64,000 nucleotides of DNA from a virus. Its lineage: Duplodnaviria; Caudoviricetes. The notes under the pieces were generated by a model. It ran no database searches. It was not told where the DNA came from and worked only from the letters and a program-made list of their open reading frames with translations. The stretch is taken from the IMG/VR virus record IMGVR_UViG_3300037424_001256, positions 1-64,000 of that record; one strand, 5' to 3'. Shown in pieces: positions 1 to 9,923 of this stretch. The position numbers and the translations under genes were made by a program. Numbering within the stretch: position 1 is the stretch's first letter; each line of letters starts with the position of its first letter.

Positions 1-397
1 ATAGAGCTTGAGAGTAACAGTTTCTAAGAGTGAGCCAGAACTGCAGATATCAACACTTTCTGGGAGCGAACCAATATACAGGACTAAATTATATTAGCGT
101 GAGTGAATCACTGATTAAGAATGTTTCACGGAATTGGAATGAGCCAAAGCACCAGACTAAATCAGTATGGGAGAAGCGAGCCAGAGGAAAAGATCGAAAC
201 ATTACAGGAAAGCGAACCGTAAGATGTGATTGGGACAACGACCAAGAATGAGCCAATATGTTTGATTTATCAGTCCACGGAAGCTAATCAGTACGCTTGA
301 TTGCACCAAAATTGAGAATGAACCAACTAGACTAATTGTACCGTAAAAAGAGAGCGAACCAAGAACCAGAAGAGCACCAAATACAATGAGTGGATCA
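1..397 (+). ncRNA. TIGR-like dual-repeat array A (about 11 units of 35-37 nt; runs off the left edge of the window)
   Basis: Edge motif (G/A)A(G/A)YGARYCA starts at 28,64,101,137,174,210,246,281,316,352,388; a GA-n5-(C/T/A)CA loop motif lies midway; ~8-nt variable segments separate them. Confidence 0.8.
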
Positions 398-561
398 TTA
401 TATCTAAAAGCGAGTTGATTTTTGTGGAAATGCTATTATTTCTAATGGCAGTAGGCAATTTATTCGCATTCAGGAACGAAATGAAGGTTAAAAGTTTCAA
501 TGTCACATATTTATTTTCAGCTATAGTATTTTCATTATTGCTTTTATTTAAGGAGTGAAAA

Positions 562-747
562 ATGGAACACAAAATCATATATCCTGAACTTATTTGCCCG
601 GAATGCCAAAGCAAAGACTTTCTAATGGGTCCACGTGGTGGGTTAAATCAAAATATACTTTGCGTTGGTTGTCTTTTGGAGTGGAATTATGGCCCTCTTG
701 GTTTTGAACCAATTGTTCCAGCAAGGATGGATCTTTATGGGCTATAA
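562..747 (+). CDS. small zinc-ribbon protein
   Basis: AAGGAG RBS; CPEC...CVGC motifs. Confidence 0.6.
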   Translation: MEHKIIYPELICPECQSKDFLMGPRGGLNQNILCVGCLLEWNYGPLGFEPIVPARMDLYGL

Positions 748-994
748 CGAATACCCATTAATCGTGCCAATTGGGTGCAAAAGGGGGTGTAATGGCAAAA
801 ATTACCCCTGTATTAGTGATATCCAGAGTATTTTGACACAAGGAAACATTGCTTTTATGATCTATACTAAGCACGTACTACATAAACTAAGACAAATGGA
901 TTGTAAAATAGAGATCAAGAAGATTAATGGAGTTTCGATAGGCATGTACATATCAGAAAAGGGCTCCAAAAGTGTTTATGGAATATTTAATTAA
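737..994 (+). CDS. hypothetical protein (probable start ATG 737)
   Basis: ORF 665-994; ATG 737 overlaps the upstream gene end, in a tightly packed + operon. Confidence 0.5.
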   Translation: MGYNEYPLIVPIGCKRGCNGKNYPCISDIQSILTQGNIAFMIYTKHVLHKLRQMDCKIEIKKINGVSIGMYISEKGSKSVYGIFN

Positions 995-1012
995 GTTGGA
1001 AAGGAACTCTAA

Positions 1013-1264
1013 ATGCTAGATGATTCGATTGAATTCGAAAAAGAAACATCTGGGCTTGCTATCATGACTATTTATTGGCAGAAAACTACAAACCCTGAAC
1101 AATATCCCTCACTTGATGTATTTCTTGATAAAGTCAGATCTATGCTTTGGAGGGACCATAAAATAGTAGTCCATTGCGAGTGTTGCCTCAGTACGGATGA
1201 AAAATGCGAGAGAATAGTTTCCACCTTGAAACAGTACAACCTAATTAAGTTGGGAAGTGAGTAA
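1013..1264 (+). CDS. hypothetical protein
   Basis: GGAAAGGA RBS, operon packing. Confidence 0.55.
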   Translation: MLDDSIEFEKETSGLAIMTIYWQKTTNPEQYPSLDVFLDKVRSMLWRDHKIVVHCECCLSTDEKCERIVSTLKQYNLIKLGSE

Positions 1265-1447
1265 ATGCCCGGAAGATGGCTTAAAATTAAACGTCACCGG
1301 GATGGAACGGTGAGCTATTTTAGTGATCTGCAGAAAAAATGGATTTTTAATGTTAGGGAAGTATCTGAGAAAGAGTTAAGTTGCATGATTCCAGAAGAAA
1401 GTAGGTTATTACTTAATTTCTTGGCTAAACAAAATAAAAATTCTTAG
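1265..1447 (+). CDS. hypothetical protein
   Basis: Abuts the previous stop codon. Confidence 0.5.
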   Translation: MPGRWLKIKRHRDGTVSYFSDLQKKWIFNVREVSEKELSCMIPEESRLLLNFLAKQNKNS

Positions 1448-1460
1448 AGAGGAATTTAAT

Positions 1461-1736
1461 ATGGCAAAATATTTCAGGCATCCCAATGGTATTACGGTTA
1501 GCGAGTTTCAAATGTTGTGTATTTATCTCAATAGACACTGCGACTACCAAATAGCGTTGCGCGTTGTCCGGGATGAACTTGGTGCCAAGAAAGAACAAGG
1601 GCGGTACTGGCTAGTTGGTCATGATCGGGTTTGGAATTACCTTTGCATCAATTTTAATCTTGCCCTAGCTAAAATGAGCTTGAGTAATATACACGATTTG
1701 ATAGAATCAGTGAGGTTTGAATTTGAAAAAAGATGA
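1461..1736 (+). CDS. hypothetical protein
   Basis: GAGAGGA RBS, operon packing. Confidence 0.55.
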   Translation: MAKYFRHPNGITVSEFQMLCIYLNRHCDYQIALRVVRDELGAKKEQGRYWLVGHDRVWNYLCINFNLALAKMSLSNIHDLIESVRFEFEKR

Positions 1737-2076
1737 TATGCTTCAATTCGATATCCTTAAGCCAAGTGAATTGAGTAAGAAACCAGAAGTTAAAGTAACT
1801 ATTGAATACGATGGCGAAGTTATTTCCATGGATGTATTCAGTGTTTTTGGTGGAGCCATAGTTGAATACATAAAGGACAGCCCCACTACCTGCGTTATCC
1901 CTCTTGTAGCAGGTGATATGACTCCGGGAATGGTATTTTCCTATGTTTCCAGTATGCTAACTTGCGCTATGGATATTTTGAATAAAGTTGGAATACCAAA
2001 GGATTTACTAAAGGATATAGCCCACATTGCGATTGATGAAGGGTTGTATGGGAAAATAATAAAGAAAAGGGACTGA
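1717..2076 (+). CDS. hypothetical protein
   Basis: 119-aa ORF overlapping the previous gene; T-rich tract follows. Confidence 0.55.
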   Translation: MNLKKDDMLQFDILKPSELSKKPEVKVTIEYDGEVISMDVFSVFGGAIVEYIKDSPTTCVIPLVAGDMTPGMVFSYVSSMLTCAMDILNKVGIPKDLLKDIAHIAIDEGLYGKIIKKRD

Positions 2077-2102
2077 TAACTAATATCAGCCTCTTTTTTG
2101 TT

Positions 2103-2525
2103 TTACATAGTGAAAATATTCCATTGATTAGATACAGTTACCCATGGGCCTTTATGTCTTGTTTCCCATGACATTTTTCTTACTTCATCTAATGTGTATT
2201 CTACATACTTGACTAAACCCCTAGCCTCATAATATTTCTTCTTATCGTAGAAGCGCTGATAAACTCCTTCGAACACAATGTCCTCACCTATTTCAATCCA
2301 GCCATGATCTATCGCCAATCCTCCTAGTACCATACACGTTCCATGGACAAGCTTTAATCCTGAATGATGTAATGAGTTTACTATATATTCCCAACTTTTT
2401 TCGAAGCATGATTTCGGGTAAACTCTGTTGGTTACTCCATCCATATATTTGGGATCTACTTCTACTACCATATCTTCGTATTGTTCTCTAGTCTTTTTTA
2501 CTGCTTGGTACATAGTTTTATACAT
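2103..2525 (-). CDS. hypothetical protein (C..H..H-containing)
   Basis: 140-aa ORF in a leftward operon. Confidence 0.6.
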   Translation of the reverse strand: MYKTMYQAVKKTREQYEDMVVEVDPKYMDGVTNRVYPKSCFEKSWEYIVNSLHHSGLKLVHGTCMVLGGLAIDHGWIEIGEDIVFEGVYQRFYDKKKYYEARGLVKYVEYTLDEVRKMSWETRHKGPWVTVSNQWNIFTM

Positions 2526-2527
2526 AA

Positions 2528-2767
2528 TTATTCATCCATGACGAGATAGAATTTTTTCTTAGCAAAATAATCCGTTACGTCATCCTTGCTAGGCACTCGT
2601 TGCAATCCACGAACTTGAATAGCGATAATTCCAATTTCTTCATGATGACTACAAGCATGTCTCTCCAACCTGTCTAATTGACTACCAATATGAGCAATTT
2701 TATCATTGAGTTCACCAAAAATACTCTCAAGTCGTTCGATAATATCTTCATGGGTGATATTTTCCAT
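2528..2767 (-). CDS. small coiled-coil protein
   Basis: Heptad pattern; GAGGGGAG RBS. Confidence 0.55.
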   Translation of the reverse strand: MENITHEDIIERLESIFGELNDKIAHIGSQLDRLERHACSHHEEIGIIAIQVRGLQRVPSKDDVTDYFAKKKFYLVMDE

Positions 2768-2783
2768 AAGGCTAATCTCCCCT

Positions 2784-3107
2784 CTAGCTAATTTTTTGAT
2801 TATCCTCCAGCACTGTCAGTCTATCTTTAATTCTATCCATATCGAGTTCCAGTCCCTTTTCAAGATACATTTTGATATCCCCGACATCTTTAGCTAGACC
2901 TTTTGTGACCTTTTCGAGCCTTCCTTGACCAATAGTTAATTTGTTGATATCGCCAGCCATCTTTTCTTGAGATTCGACTAACCTATTGATATCGCGAGCC
3001 ATTATCTCTTGACCGTGAGTGAGATCAATAATTCCCTGAGCCATATCTCTCATTGCACTAGATGACTTTTTGTTTTCCTCTAGGATCTGCCTGAGTATTT
3101 CTTCCAT
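2784..3107 (-). CDS. coiled-coil protein with internal QE/GMAxDINxL repeats
   Basis: GGAGG RBS; heptad repeats. Confidence 0.6.
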   Translation of the reverse strand: MEEILRQILEENKKSSSAMRDMAQGIIDLTHGQEIMARDINRLVESQEKMAGDINKLTIGQGRLEKVTKGLAKDVGDIKMYLEKGLELDMDRIKDRLTVLEDNQKIS

Positions 3108-3236
3108 CTTAAATCCTCCACTTCTATATCTAATTGCTTCATAATTTCCTTGAATGTCGCAAGATCAGTAGCACTTTCCTTGGAGATCCAGATCCGCGTT
3201 TGTCCATTGTCACTGGTTCTAAAAAGTGTACAATCC

Positions 3237-3824
3237 TCAAATGGTGGCTTTGTCATAAGCTACCCTCTTTCTCTTAGCCCGGATCAGGGTTGACTTACTA
3301 ATCTTGGTTTGTCTTTCAACTTCTTTATAGGAATTGGTATCTAGTAAGTTAAGAGCACTCTCTATATAAAATTCTGCAAACTTAGGCTTTCTACCTTCTC
3401 TGTATCCAACTTTCGTTCTTGCAATGGCTTTTCCTTCCTGAGTTCTTTCGGCAATCATTTCTCTCTCGAATTGAGCGAAAGCGAAAAATATCGTTCTCAT
3501 TAATGTGCTGGCTGGAGTATTGTCTAACATTCCCATATTAAGGATATTGACCTTAATTCCTCTGTCAATTAATTCCTGAGCTATTGTACATCCCTGAATT
3601 GTACTCCTTGCAAATCTATCCAATTTTGTAACCATCAAAGTATCGCCATCTTTTAACGAGCTGAGTAATTGGGTAAATATGGGACGATCAGTTGTAGACC
3701 CTGAATATCCTTCTTTGTGTACAATTTCGCATCCATTTTTTGTTAATGTATTTTCTTGCTCTTCCAAGCTATTTCCAGTTGTTACCTGTCCCCTAGTTGA
3801 AACTCTAGCATAGCCGATAATCAC
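3237..3824 (-). CDS. serine recombinase (resolvase/invertase family) with C-terminal HTH
   Basis: IGYARVST, KEGYSG..DRP, VTKLDRFARS, FAQFEREMIAERT, GRKP motifs. Confidence 0.93.
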   Translation of the reverse strand: MIIGYARVSTRGQVTTGNSLEEQENTLTKNGCEIVHKEGYSGSTTDRPIFTQLLSSLKDGDTLMVTKLDRFARSTIQGCTIAQELIDRGIKVNILNMGMLDNTPASTLMRTIFFAFAQFEREMIAERTQEGKAIARTKVGYREGRKPKFAEFYIESALNLLDTNSYKEVERQTKISKSTLIRAKRKRVAYDKATI

Positions 3825-3849
3825 CGTGAATCATCCCCTTTTTAGCGTA

Positions 3850-3936
3850 TAGTTTTGACACTATGTTTTGACACCAGCTCGTACCTTGATTATACACGAT
3901 GAGATAACTGGTGTCAATATTGAACAGTTATGACAC
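3850..3936. promoter_or_regulatory. putative res site / autoregulatory binding sites of the resolvase
   Basis: TTTTGACAC twice (3853, 3866); inverted pair TTGACACCAG (3868)/CTGGTGTCAA (3908); imperfect palindrome ATAACTG..TCAATATTGA..CAGTTAT, directly upstream of the gene. Confidence 0.55.
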
Positions 3937-4683
3937 TCATGACAATATCTTCAAGTAGTCACCTTTGAGATTTTCTTCCAGACCACACTTATTGCAATCT
4001 CCAATTTCCATAGATTTAATCCTATTAAACATTGATTTCAAGTTACTCGTCACTGTCCCAATCTGAAAACATTCGTCTGCTTCTCCAATATGAACTCCAC
4101 CACTTACATCTATGGACGGTATACAAAACTTTTGTAGTCTTGTCTCATAAAATTCCATAAGATCTTGGAAATTTGTAATGTGTCCAGATCGGATGATGCT
4201 TCGAGCATTAAAACATTTTGGATAGACAAGTTTGACCTCCATGTCATCCATGCTGAGATTATTTGTTACAGCTCTACCGAGTGGAAATAAATGTTGTATC
4301 TCGTTTATGTAACAAAGATTTTCATGTTCGATCACCGGGACGCTTTGTGGATAAAATCTTTTGTCGTTTGTAATTTGGATCTGGATGCCTAAGCTCAGGA
4401 TTTCCTTTGTGTATTCTTTATTGTGTAGAAACATGCCATTACTTGCGATGATCAATAATTCTGGACGTTCCATTTTTCTTTTCAGTAATTCAACAATTTC
4501 TATGAACTGAGGATGCTCACTTGGTTCCCCGCCTGTAAGGAGAATCATTTTAGCAGATGATTTTGAGATGAACTTCAACGAATCCCGAAAAGTATCAAAA
4601 TTCATATGCTTACCATCCGGGGATGCATTATCAAAACAATGATTGCAGTTCATATGGCATTTATTCGTTATACGCAGAATCAT
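3937..4683 (-). CDS. radical SAM protein with Cys-containing C-terminal (SPASM/twitch-like) region
   Basis: ITNKCHMNCNHCF (CxxxCxxC), LTGGEP, SNG motifs. Confidence 0.88.
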   Translation of the reverse strand: MILRITNKCHMNCNHCFDNASPDGKHMNFDTFRDSLKFISKSSAKMILLTGGEPSEHPQFIEIVELLKRKMERPELLIIASNGMFLHNKEYTKEILSLGIQIQITNDKRFYPQSVPVIEHENLCYINEIQHLFPLGRAVTNNLSMDDMEVKLVYPKCFNARSIIRSGHITNFQDLMEFYETRLQKFCIPSIDVSGGVHIGEADECFQIGTVTSNLKSMFNRIKSMEIGDCNKCGLEENLKGDYLKILS

Positions 4684-4750
4684 CGAATCAGTTCCCTTCT
4701 ATATAGATAGAAATCCTAGCTTTGTCGGCTAGGATTTTTCTACTTTTTAT

Positions 4751-5149
4751 TCAAAATGTGATCTGCTTACCAATAATGCTTCCTAAAAACAGGATCATCG
4801 CCTTATTTGCCGGGGTGAATAGTTTCAATCCATGTTCCACTGTCTGGATGAAACCATCCTTGTCTAACCTGAGAGTCATTACGGTTCCCGACATATCCAT
4901 TTCTTCCTCCGTTGGTTCGTATCCTACTGGCCCAATACTAAACATGGCGTGATCGATATCCTTAAATGTAATTATCTTGCCACTCTGTAGATCTATTACC
5001 TCAGTTTCCAGCCTTCCGAATATCTGCATAGCTCCATTTACCATGCTTTCGAAATTTTCTAAAGTTGCGGATAGGCTATCAAAGTAACCATCTTTTATTT
5101 TTTCGTAAAAAATATCTCTATCCATTTTAATTCCCCTCCACACGAACAT
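4751..5149 (-). CDS. hypothetical protein
   Basis: 132-aa ORF; likely start MDRDIF after GGAGGGG RBS. Confidence 0.55.
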   Translation of the reverse strand: MFVWRGIKMDRDIFYEKIKDGYFDSLSATLENFESMVNGAMQIFGRLETEVIDLQSGKIITFKDIDHAMFSIGPVGYEPTEEEMDMSGTVMTLRLDKDGFIQTVEHGLKLFTPANKAMILFLGSIIGKQITF

Positions 5150-5382
5150 ACATTCGACATTATTGGGACAATTCCAAACCTTCCATAATTAGGCATTTAA
5201 CACTATAATGGTAGTACACTTATATTCGACATTACTGTTTTTTAACTGGAGGGGATGTTTATTGAGAGAAGTCATGACTATAGATGAATTTAGAACAATG
5301 GTATTGGATGATGAGTTATTGAAGCAGTTACCATTATCTAATGAGATGATCGATTTCATAGTTGAATTGGTGAGAATAGAAA

Positions 5383-5748
5383 CTACAATGGCGTAGATTT
5401 TATTTTGTTTAGGACGGAGATATAGCTCATGAGCGTATCTACCGTCTTTTTATCTATGGTGTCGTTTGTGTTTACTAATCCCGCCTCTCTGAGCTTGAGA
5501 AGTAGATAGTCAATAGTTTCTTCCTCTTGTCTGAACGAAGATATCCCACATAGATAATCCACTGATACCTTAAAGAACCTAGCAATCTCAGTCACTTTTT
5601 CAAGGTTTGGCTCACGTGTACCTGCCTCCCAGTGCCCAACAGCACCCTTTGAAACCTTTAGTACGGTAGCTAGTTCTGGTTGCGTAATATCTCTGTCTTT
5701 TCGCAGTAGCTTCAGACGCTTCATGAAAACTACGTTTCTATCTAGCAA
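5383..5748 (-). CDS. XRE-family HTH repressor (CI-like)
   Basis: LRKDRDITQPELA..VSKGAVGHWEAGTREP..IARFFKVSVDYL; divergent from the Cro-like gene. Confidence 0.88.
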   Translation of the reverse strand: MLDRNVVFMKRLKLLRKDRDITQPELATVLKVSKGAVGHWEAGTREPNLEKVTEIARFFKVSVDYLCGISSFRQEEETIDYLLLKLREAGLVNTNDTIDKKTVDTLMSYISVLNKIKSTPL

Positions 5749-5953
5749 TCTTTATCAACCTTTCCTCATTCAACCTGTATAGGATTTATATTTTTGTTTC
5801 TTACGCTTTAGAATGTTTTTCCTTCCCTATTATACGACATAACGTATTCAACGGACAAGCTTTTTCTTCAATCTTTATTTCTACAAACTTATCATAATTG
5901 AGTTAATTTCTTCCATAACGTATCATTCGTGAATTAATTCGTATCAAATATGG

Positions 5954-6313
5954 TTGATTTTCTTACAACTTGGTGGTATGATTATATCAAGAGGTGAGCG
6001 CATCATGGTTGTAAATGAGCAGGAATTAAGGGCCATAATTGAACACGCCAGAATACTGGCAAACTACACTAAGAAAGAATTATCTGACCAGTTAAAAATG
6101 TCAATTAGTACTTTTAAGAGAAAATTAGACAATCCTCTTAGTTTTACATTGGCTGAATACTTTGAGATAGCCCATGTGTTAGACAATAATGTTTTGGTTG
6201 ATTTCTTAAAAGAAGTAGAAATGGGAATGCAAAAAAGAAGAAGAAAAGTTAGAAAAGGTTATATGGGAACACAAAGCTTAATAATAAATGAAACCGGAGG
6301 GGACGAACAATGA
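5954..6313 (+). CDS. Cro-like HTH protein
   Basis: TKKELSDQLKMSISTFKRKL helix-turn-helix; first gene of the rightward early operon. Confidence 0.7.
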   Translation: MIFLQLGGMIISRGERIMVVNEQELRAIIEHARILANYTKKELSDQLKMSISTFKRKLDNPLSFTLAEYFEIAHVLDNNVLVDFLKEVEMGMQKRRRKVRKGYMGTQSLIINETGGDEQ

Positions 6314-7257
6314 GCGCAATATCACTGGCCTCAACTACTAATATGACTAGAGAAGATTGGCTACAGTGGCGAAAGAGAGGAATCGGTGGATCTGACGCAT
6401 CTGCAATCGCTGGTCTTAATCGCTGGAGAAGCCCTATCGAGATATGGATGGAGAAAACCGGACAATTGGATGGTCAAGAACTTGGAGAAGTGGCGTATTG
6501 GGGTAATGTCCTTGAGGATGTTGTTGCTAAGGAATTCGCTAAACGTTCTGGGCTCAAGGTACAAAGACGAAATGCTATCCTACAGCATCCCAAGCACGAT
6601 TTTATGTTAGCAAATATCGATAGAATGATTCACGATAAAGATCGTGGTAATGGAATCCTAGAATGCAAAACAGCCGGGGAATATAAAAAGGGTGAGTGGG
6701 AAGATGGTCTTATTCCCGAAGAATATGCTTTGCAGGTTCATCATTATTTAATGGTGACAGGATTACAATTTGCTAGGATTGCTGTATTAATAGGTGGAAA
6801 CAAATTCGAAATTCGCGAAATTGACCGTGATGATGAAATCATTGATTACTTAACTAAAATCGAGAGTGATTTCTGGCAATTAGTCAAACAAGGCACCCCG
6901 CCACCAATAGACGGCTCAGATTCTTCGAGTAAGCTATTAAAGTTAATGTACCCTCAGTCAATGCTAACATCAATTGAGTTACCAGATTCTCAATCTTTAG
7001 TAGATGACTTTTTAAGACTTCAGGAAATGGAAAAGGAAATAGTTGAAAAAAAGGACACTGTAGCTAATAAACTTAAAGATATGATGGGTGAAAATGAAAT
7101 AGGTTATACTCCGGGTCATAAATTAAGCTGGAAAACCGTTAATACTAAGCGCTTTGATACTAATGCATTCAAGATCAACCATATGGATCTCTATGAGCAG
7201 TTTATTAATGAAACCAAATCAAGAAGGTTTACTGTATCTTTAAATAAAAAAAAGTAA
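6310..7257 (+). CDS. YqaJ-family viral recombinase exonuclease
   Basis: WLQWRKRGIGGSDA, ANIDR, LECKTA, YALQVHHY motifs. Confidence 0.93.
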   Translation: MSAISLASTTNMTREDWLQWRKRGIGGSDASAIAGLNRWRSPIEIWMEKTGQLDGQELGEVAYWGNVLEDVVAKEFAKRSGLKVQRRNAILQHPKHDFMLANIDRMIHDKDRGNGILECKTAGEYKKGEWEDGLIPEEYALQVHHYLMVTGLQFARIAVLIGGNKFEIREIDRDDEIIDYLTKIESDFWQLVKQGTPPPIDGSDSSSKLLKLMYPQSMLTSIELPDSQSLVDDFLRLQEMEKEIVEKKDTVANKLKDMMGENEIGYTPGHKLSWKTVNTKRFDTNAFKINHMDLYEQFINETKSRRFTVSLNKKK

Positions 7258-7263
7258 TTAAAT

Positions 7264-8169
7264 TTGAGGGGGAAAATTAAAATGACAGAATTACAAAAAT
7301 CTACACTCAAGGATAAACTATCCGATAAAGCAAATGGGACTACTAATGCTCTAGCTAAGAAAGAACAAAAGGCCACATTCAGTAATTTTATGACGCAAGC
7401 AGGGGTTAAGGCCAAAATTAATGAAATTGTCGGTGGAAAAAACGGACAGAGCTTTATGACAGCTATTCTTTCGGCAGTAGGAGCAAACCCAGCCCTTGCA
7501 GATTGTGATCACTCCAGCATCCTATCAGCCGCACTCCTTGGTGAGACTCTTAAGTTATCTCCATCACCCCAACTTGGTCAATATTATATGGTACCTTTCG
7601 ATGACAATAAACTTGGGAGGCGCGTGGCTACCTTCATTCTGGGATATAAAGGGTACGTCCAATTAGCGATTCGTTCAGGTTACTATAAAAAACTCAATGT
7701 AATAGCTATTAAAGAGGGTGAATTGCAGAACTACGATATCCTCAACGAAGAGATTACCTGTGTTATTATTGAGGATGAAGAAGAACGAGAAAAAGCTAAG
7801 ACCGTAGGTTATTATGCGATGTTTGAATATCATAATGGTTTCCGCAAGACAATGTATTGGAGTAGAAAGAAGATGGAAGCTCATGCACTTCAATACTCTT
7901 CAGGATACCGCAACGATGTTAAGAAGGGTTGGAATTACACTTTCTGGTCAAAAGACTTTGACGGAATGGCCTTGAAAACAATGTTACGTCAACTAATCAG
8001 TAAGTGGGGAATCATGTCTATAGAACTTCAGGATGCTTATATAAAAGATAATGCAGTTATTAAGGATGATGGCACCTTCGATTATGTAGATAACGGAGAT
8101 GAACTCAATACAGTAGATATCAGAGTAACGGAACCAGAGCAAAGCGATCAAGTAGATCCAACCGCGTAA
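7264..8169 (+). CDS. recT: RecT-family single-strand annealing protein
   Basis: LSPSPQLGQYYMVPF, GYKGYVQLAIRSG, FWSKDFDGMALKTML; follows YqaJ. Confidence 0.92.
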   Translation: MRGKIKMTELQKSTLKDKLSDKANGTTNALAKKEQKATFSNFMTQAGVKAKINEIVGGKNGQSFMTAILSAVGANPALADCDHSSILSAALLGETLKLSPSPQLGQYYMVPFDDNKLGRRVATFILGYKGYVQLAIRSGYYKKLNVIAIKEGELQNYDILNEEITCVIIEDEEEREKAKTVGYYAMFEYHNGFRKTMYWSRKKMEAHALQYSSGYRNDVKKGWNYTFWSKDFDGMALKTMLRQLISKWGIMSIELQDAYIKDNAVIKDDGTFDYVDNGDELNTVDIRVTEPEQSDQVDPTA

Positions 8170-8187
8170 TAAAGATAACAAAATAAT

Positions 8188-8218
8188 ACGACTCAGGATT
8201 ATAATTATCCTGAGTCGT
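8188..8218. terminator. 12-bp inverted repeat after recT
   Basis: ACGACTCAGGAT-tataatt-ATCCTGAGTCGT. Confidence 0.6.
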
Positions 8219-8284
8219 TGTTATCTATAAATTAGAGAGACGTTCCAGTGGCAAGCTGAAACGTCAAGATTGGAGGAAAAGTAA

Positions 8285-8857
8285 ATGAATGAGGTAGCAG
8301 TAGCTCAAAAATGGATCTCTTTAGGAAAGGCTCCATTACTTAAGGATATGTTTGATTCGATAGAGAATATACCATTGTTTCCAAAACCATCTGGCGGGTT
8401 GTGGATCTGTCCTTACCATCCCCAGCGGAAGTTCAAAAGCGCTTGGCAAAAATGGTGTAGCGAAAATAATTTCAGGGAGTACAAAATTGGTTCCATCATA
8501 ACTCTACCTAAAAATACAAGAACTTACATAATAGATTCCCAGAAAGACTTGATTCAACTCATAGACGAAGTTGGGTCATCACCAGAATGCGAACTGTTCC
8601 CCTTCTGGAAAATAATAGATTTTGAAAAGGCTAGTAAAAGATATGATCTCATCTATTTGACCGAAAAAGGGCAACATGAAACTAGAATACCTTGGAATAA
8701 TAGAGAGTATAACTTATATTCTTGGGATGTATGTTGTGGCCTGTTGCTTAATTATAAAATAAGAAGTCAGAAACCTATCAGGTTGCCATTTTCTCCTGAA
8801 GAGTCAAAGATAGCTCAAACTGATTTTCTTGACCTTCAACAAAGAGTTGAATTCTAG
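8285..8857 (+). CDS. hypothetical protein (KPSGGLW..SAWQKWC..SWDV motif pattern)
   Basis: GGAGG RBS; 190-aa ORF. Confidence 0.65.
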   Translation: MNEVAVAQKWISLGKAPLLKDMFDSIENIPLFPKPSGGLWICPYHPQRKFKSAWQKWCSENNFREYKIGSIITLPKNTRTYIIDSQKDLIQLIDEVGSSPECELFPFWKIIDFEKASKRYDLIYLTEKGQHETRIPWNNREYNLYSWDVCCGLLLNYKIRSQKPIRLPFSPEESKIAQTDFLDLQQRVEF

Positions 8858-9842
8858 TTAAGAATGACTTGATCTGTTCTGAATTATAAACATTCTTAAC
8901 CGATATCCTAAGTAAGTCTATATCCGTGTTCTTGACCTCTACAAGTGTAATTTGAGAAGGTGAAATTTCTTGAACTGGTATAACCTCTTGTATTGGTTCT
9001 GGCGTTGGTATGGGATCATTAAATACGGTATCGCTAATCGTCTGAATTTCCATTTGAGACGGAGCCTTATTAATTTCCTCATCCTCTTTGGGTTTGCGGT
9101 TATACTTTCTCTTGGTTGTAGTCTCTTTAGCCTTAGTTATAACCTCTTGTTCGTCCTTTTCCCTCTTTACGCTTGCTTGATTCATGCGGTTCTCCGTAAA
9201 ACCCCTCAAAACGTCTAAGGCTTGCTCTCCCACTAGTATCATTTTTCCTTTACGAGCAACTTGAAAATGGTATGAAAGTTCTGATATTTGCGCTGAGGAA
9301 CATGAAAAACCCTTATACATATCGGCAGTAGTATAGAGTCTTCTTAATTCGGCGTAAATTTTTTGACCTTCCTTAAATTCAAGATCTTTTAATTCAGATA
9401 CAGTTATCCATTCTCCATATTGTGTTCTCTTCATCCAATCTAAATTGAAGATAGTCGATAGCTCTAGAATTTCTTCAAGGGAACATTCTAGAGCTTTTTG
9501 CAATTCTTCAATTCCATACATTCTTCTTAGTTCAGTATAAATTTCAAGACCGTCTTTGACAGGTAATTCTTTAATGTCATCAATGGTAATCTGTTGCTTA
9601 TTCTTCACTCTATCCAGTAATTCCAATAATTTCATCTCCCTTAATGTTGTTACATAACATGGGCCAGCTCCCAATATGATTTTACGTTGAAATTTATCTG
9701 TTTCGCGTTCGGAGGGCATTTTTACTGCTTCTTTTTTACGCAATCTGGCAGCGCGACCATGTATGCCGTTCCCGGTTCTCTTCTTATCCCGGCAATCTTG
9801 ATTGAAGATCCATTCTATATTTTCCTCATACAATTCATACAC
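8778..9842 (-). CDS. hypothetical protein with duplicated helical domain
   Basis: 354 aa; internal repeat ITIDDIKELPVKDGLEIYTELRRMY / ITVSELKDLEFKEGQKIYAELRRLY. Confidence 0.65.
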   Translation of the reverse strand: MYELYEENIEWIFNQDCRDKKRTGNGIHGRAARLRKKEAVKMPSERETDKFQRKIILGAGPCYVTTLREMKLLELLDRVKNKQQITIDDIKELPVKDGLEIYTELRRMYGIEELQKALECSLEEILELSTIFNLDWMKRTQYGEWITVSELKDLEFKEGQKIYAELRRLYTTADMYKGFSCSSAQISELSYHFQVARKGKMILVGEQALDVLRGFTENRMNQASVKREKDEQEVITKAKETTTKRKYNRKPKEDEEINKAPSQMEIQTISDTVFNDPIPTPEPIQEVIPVQEISPSQITLVEVKNTDIDLLRISVKNVYNSEQIKSFLTRIQLFVEGQENQFELSLTLQEKMAT

Positions 9843-9923
9843 CTCAGCCCAGTATGTGAATTAGGCTCTCTAATTCTCAATATATATCATAAACATATGC
9901 TTGTCTACGATTTGTATACGTCA

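Noticed and set aside
30-614. ORFs 30-251, 327-614, 13414-13602 and 27344-27544 overlapping the arrays
   Set aside because: They lie within repeat arrays or antisense to better genes, lack RBS or family motifs, and are best read as chance ORFs.
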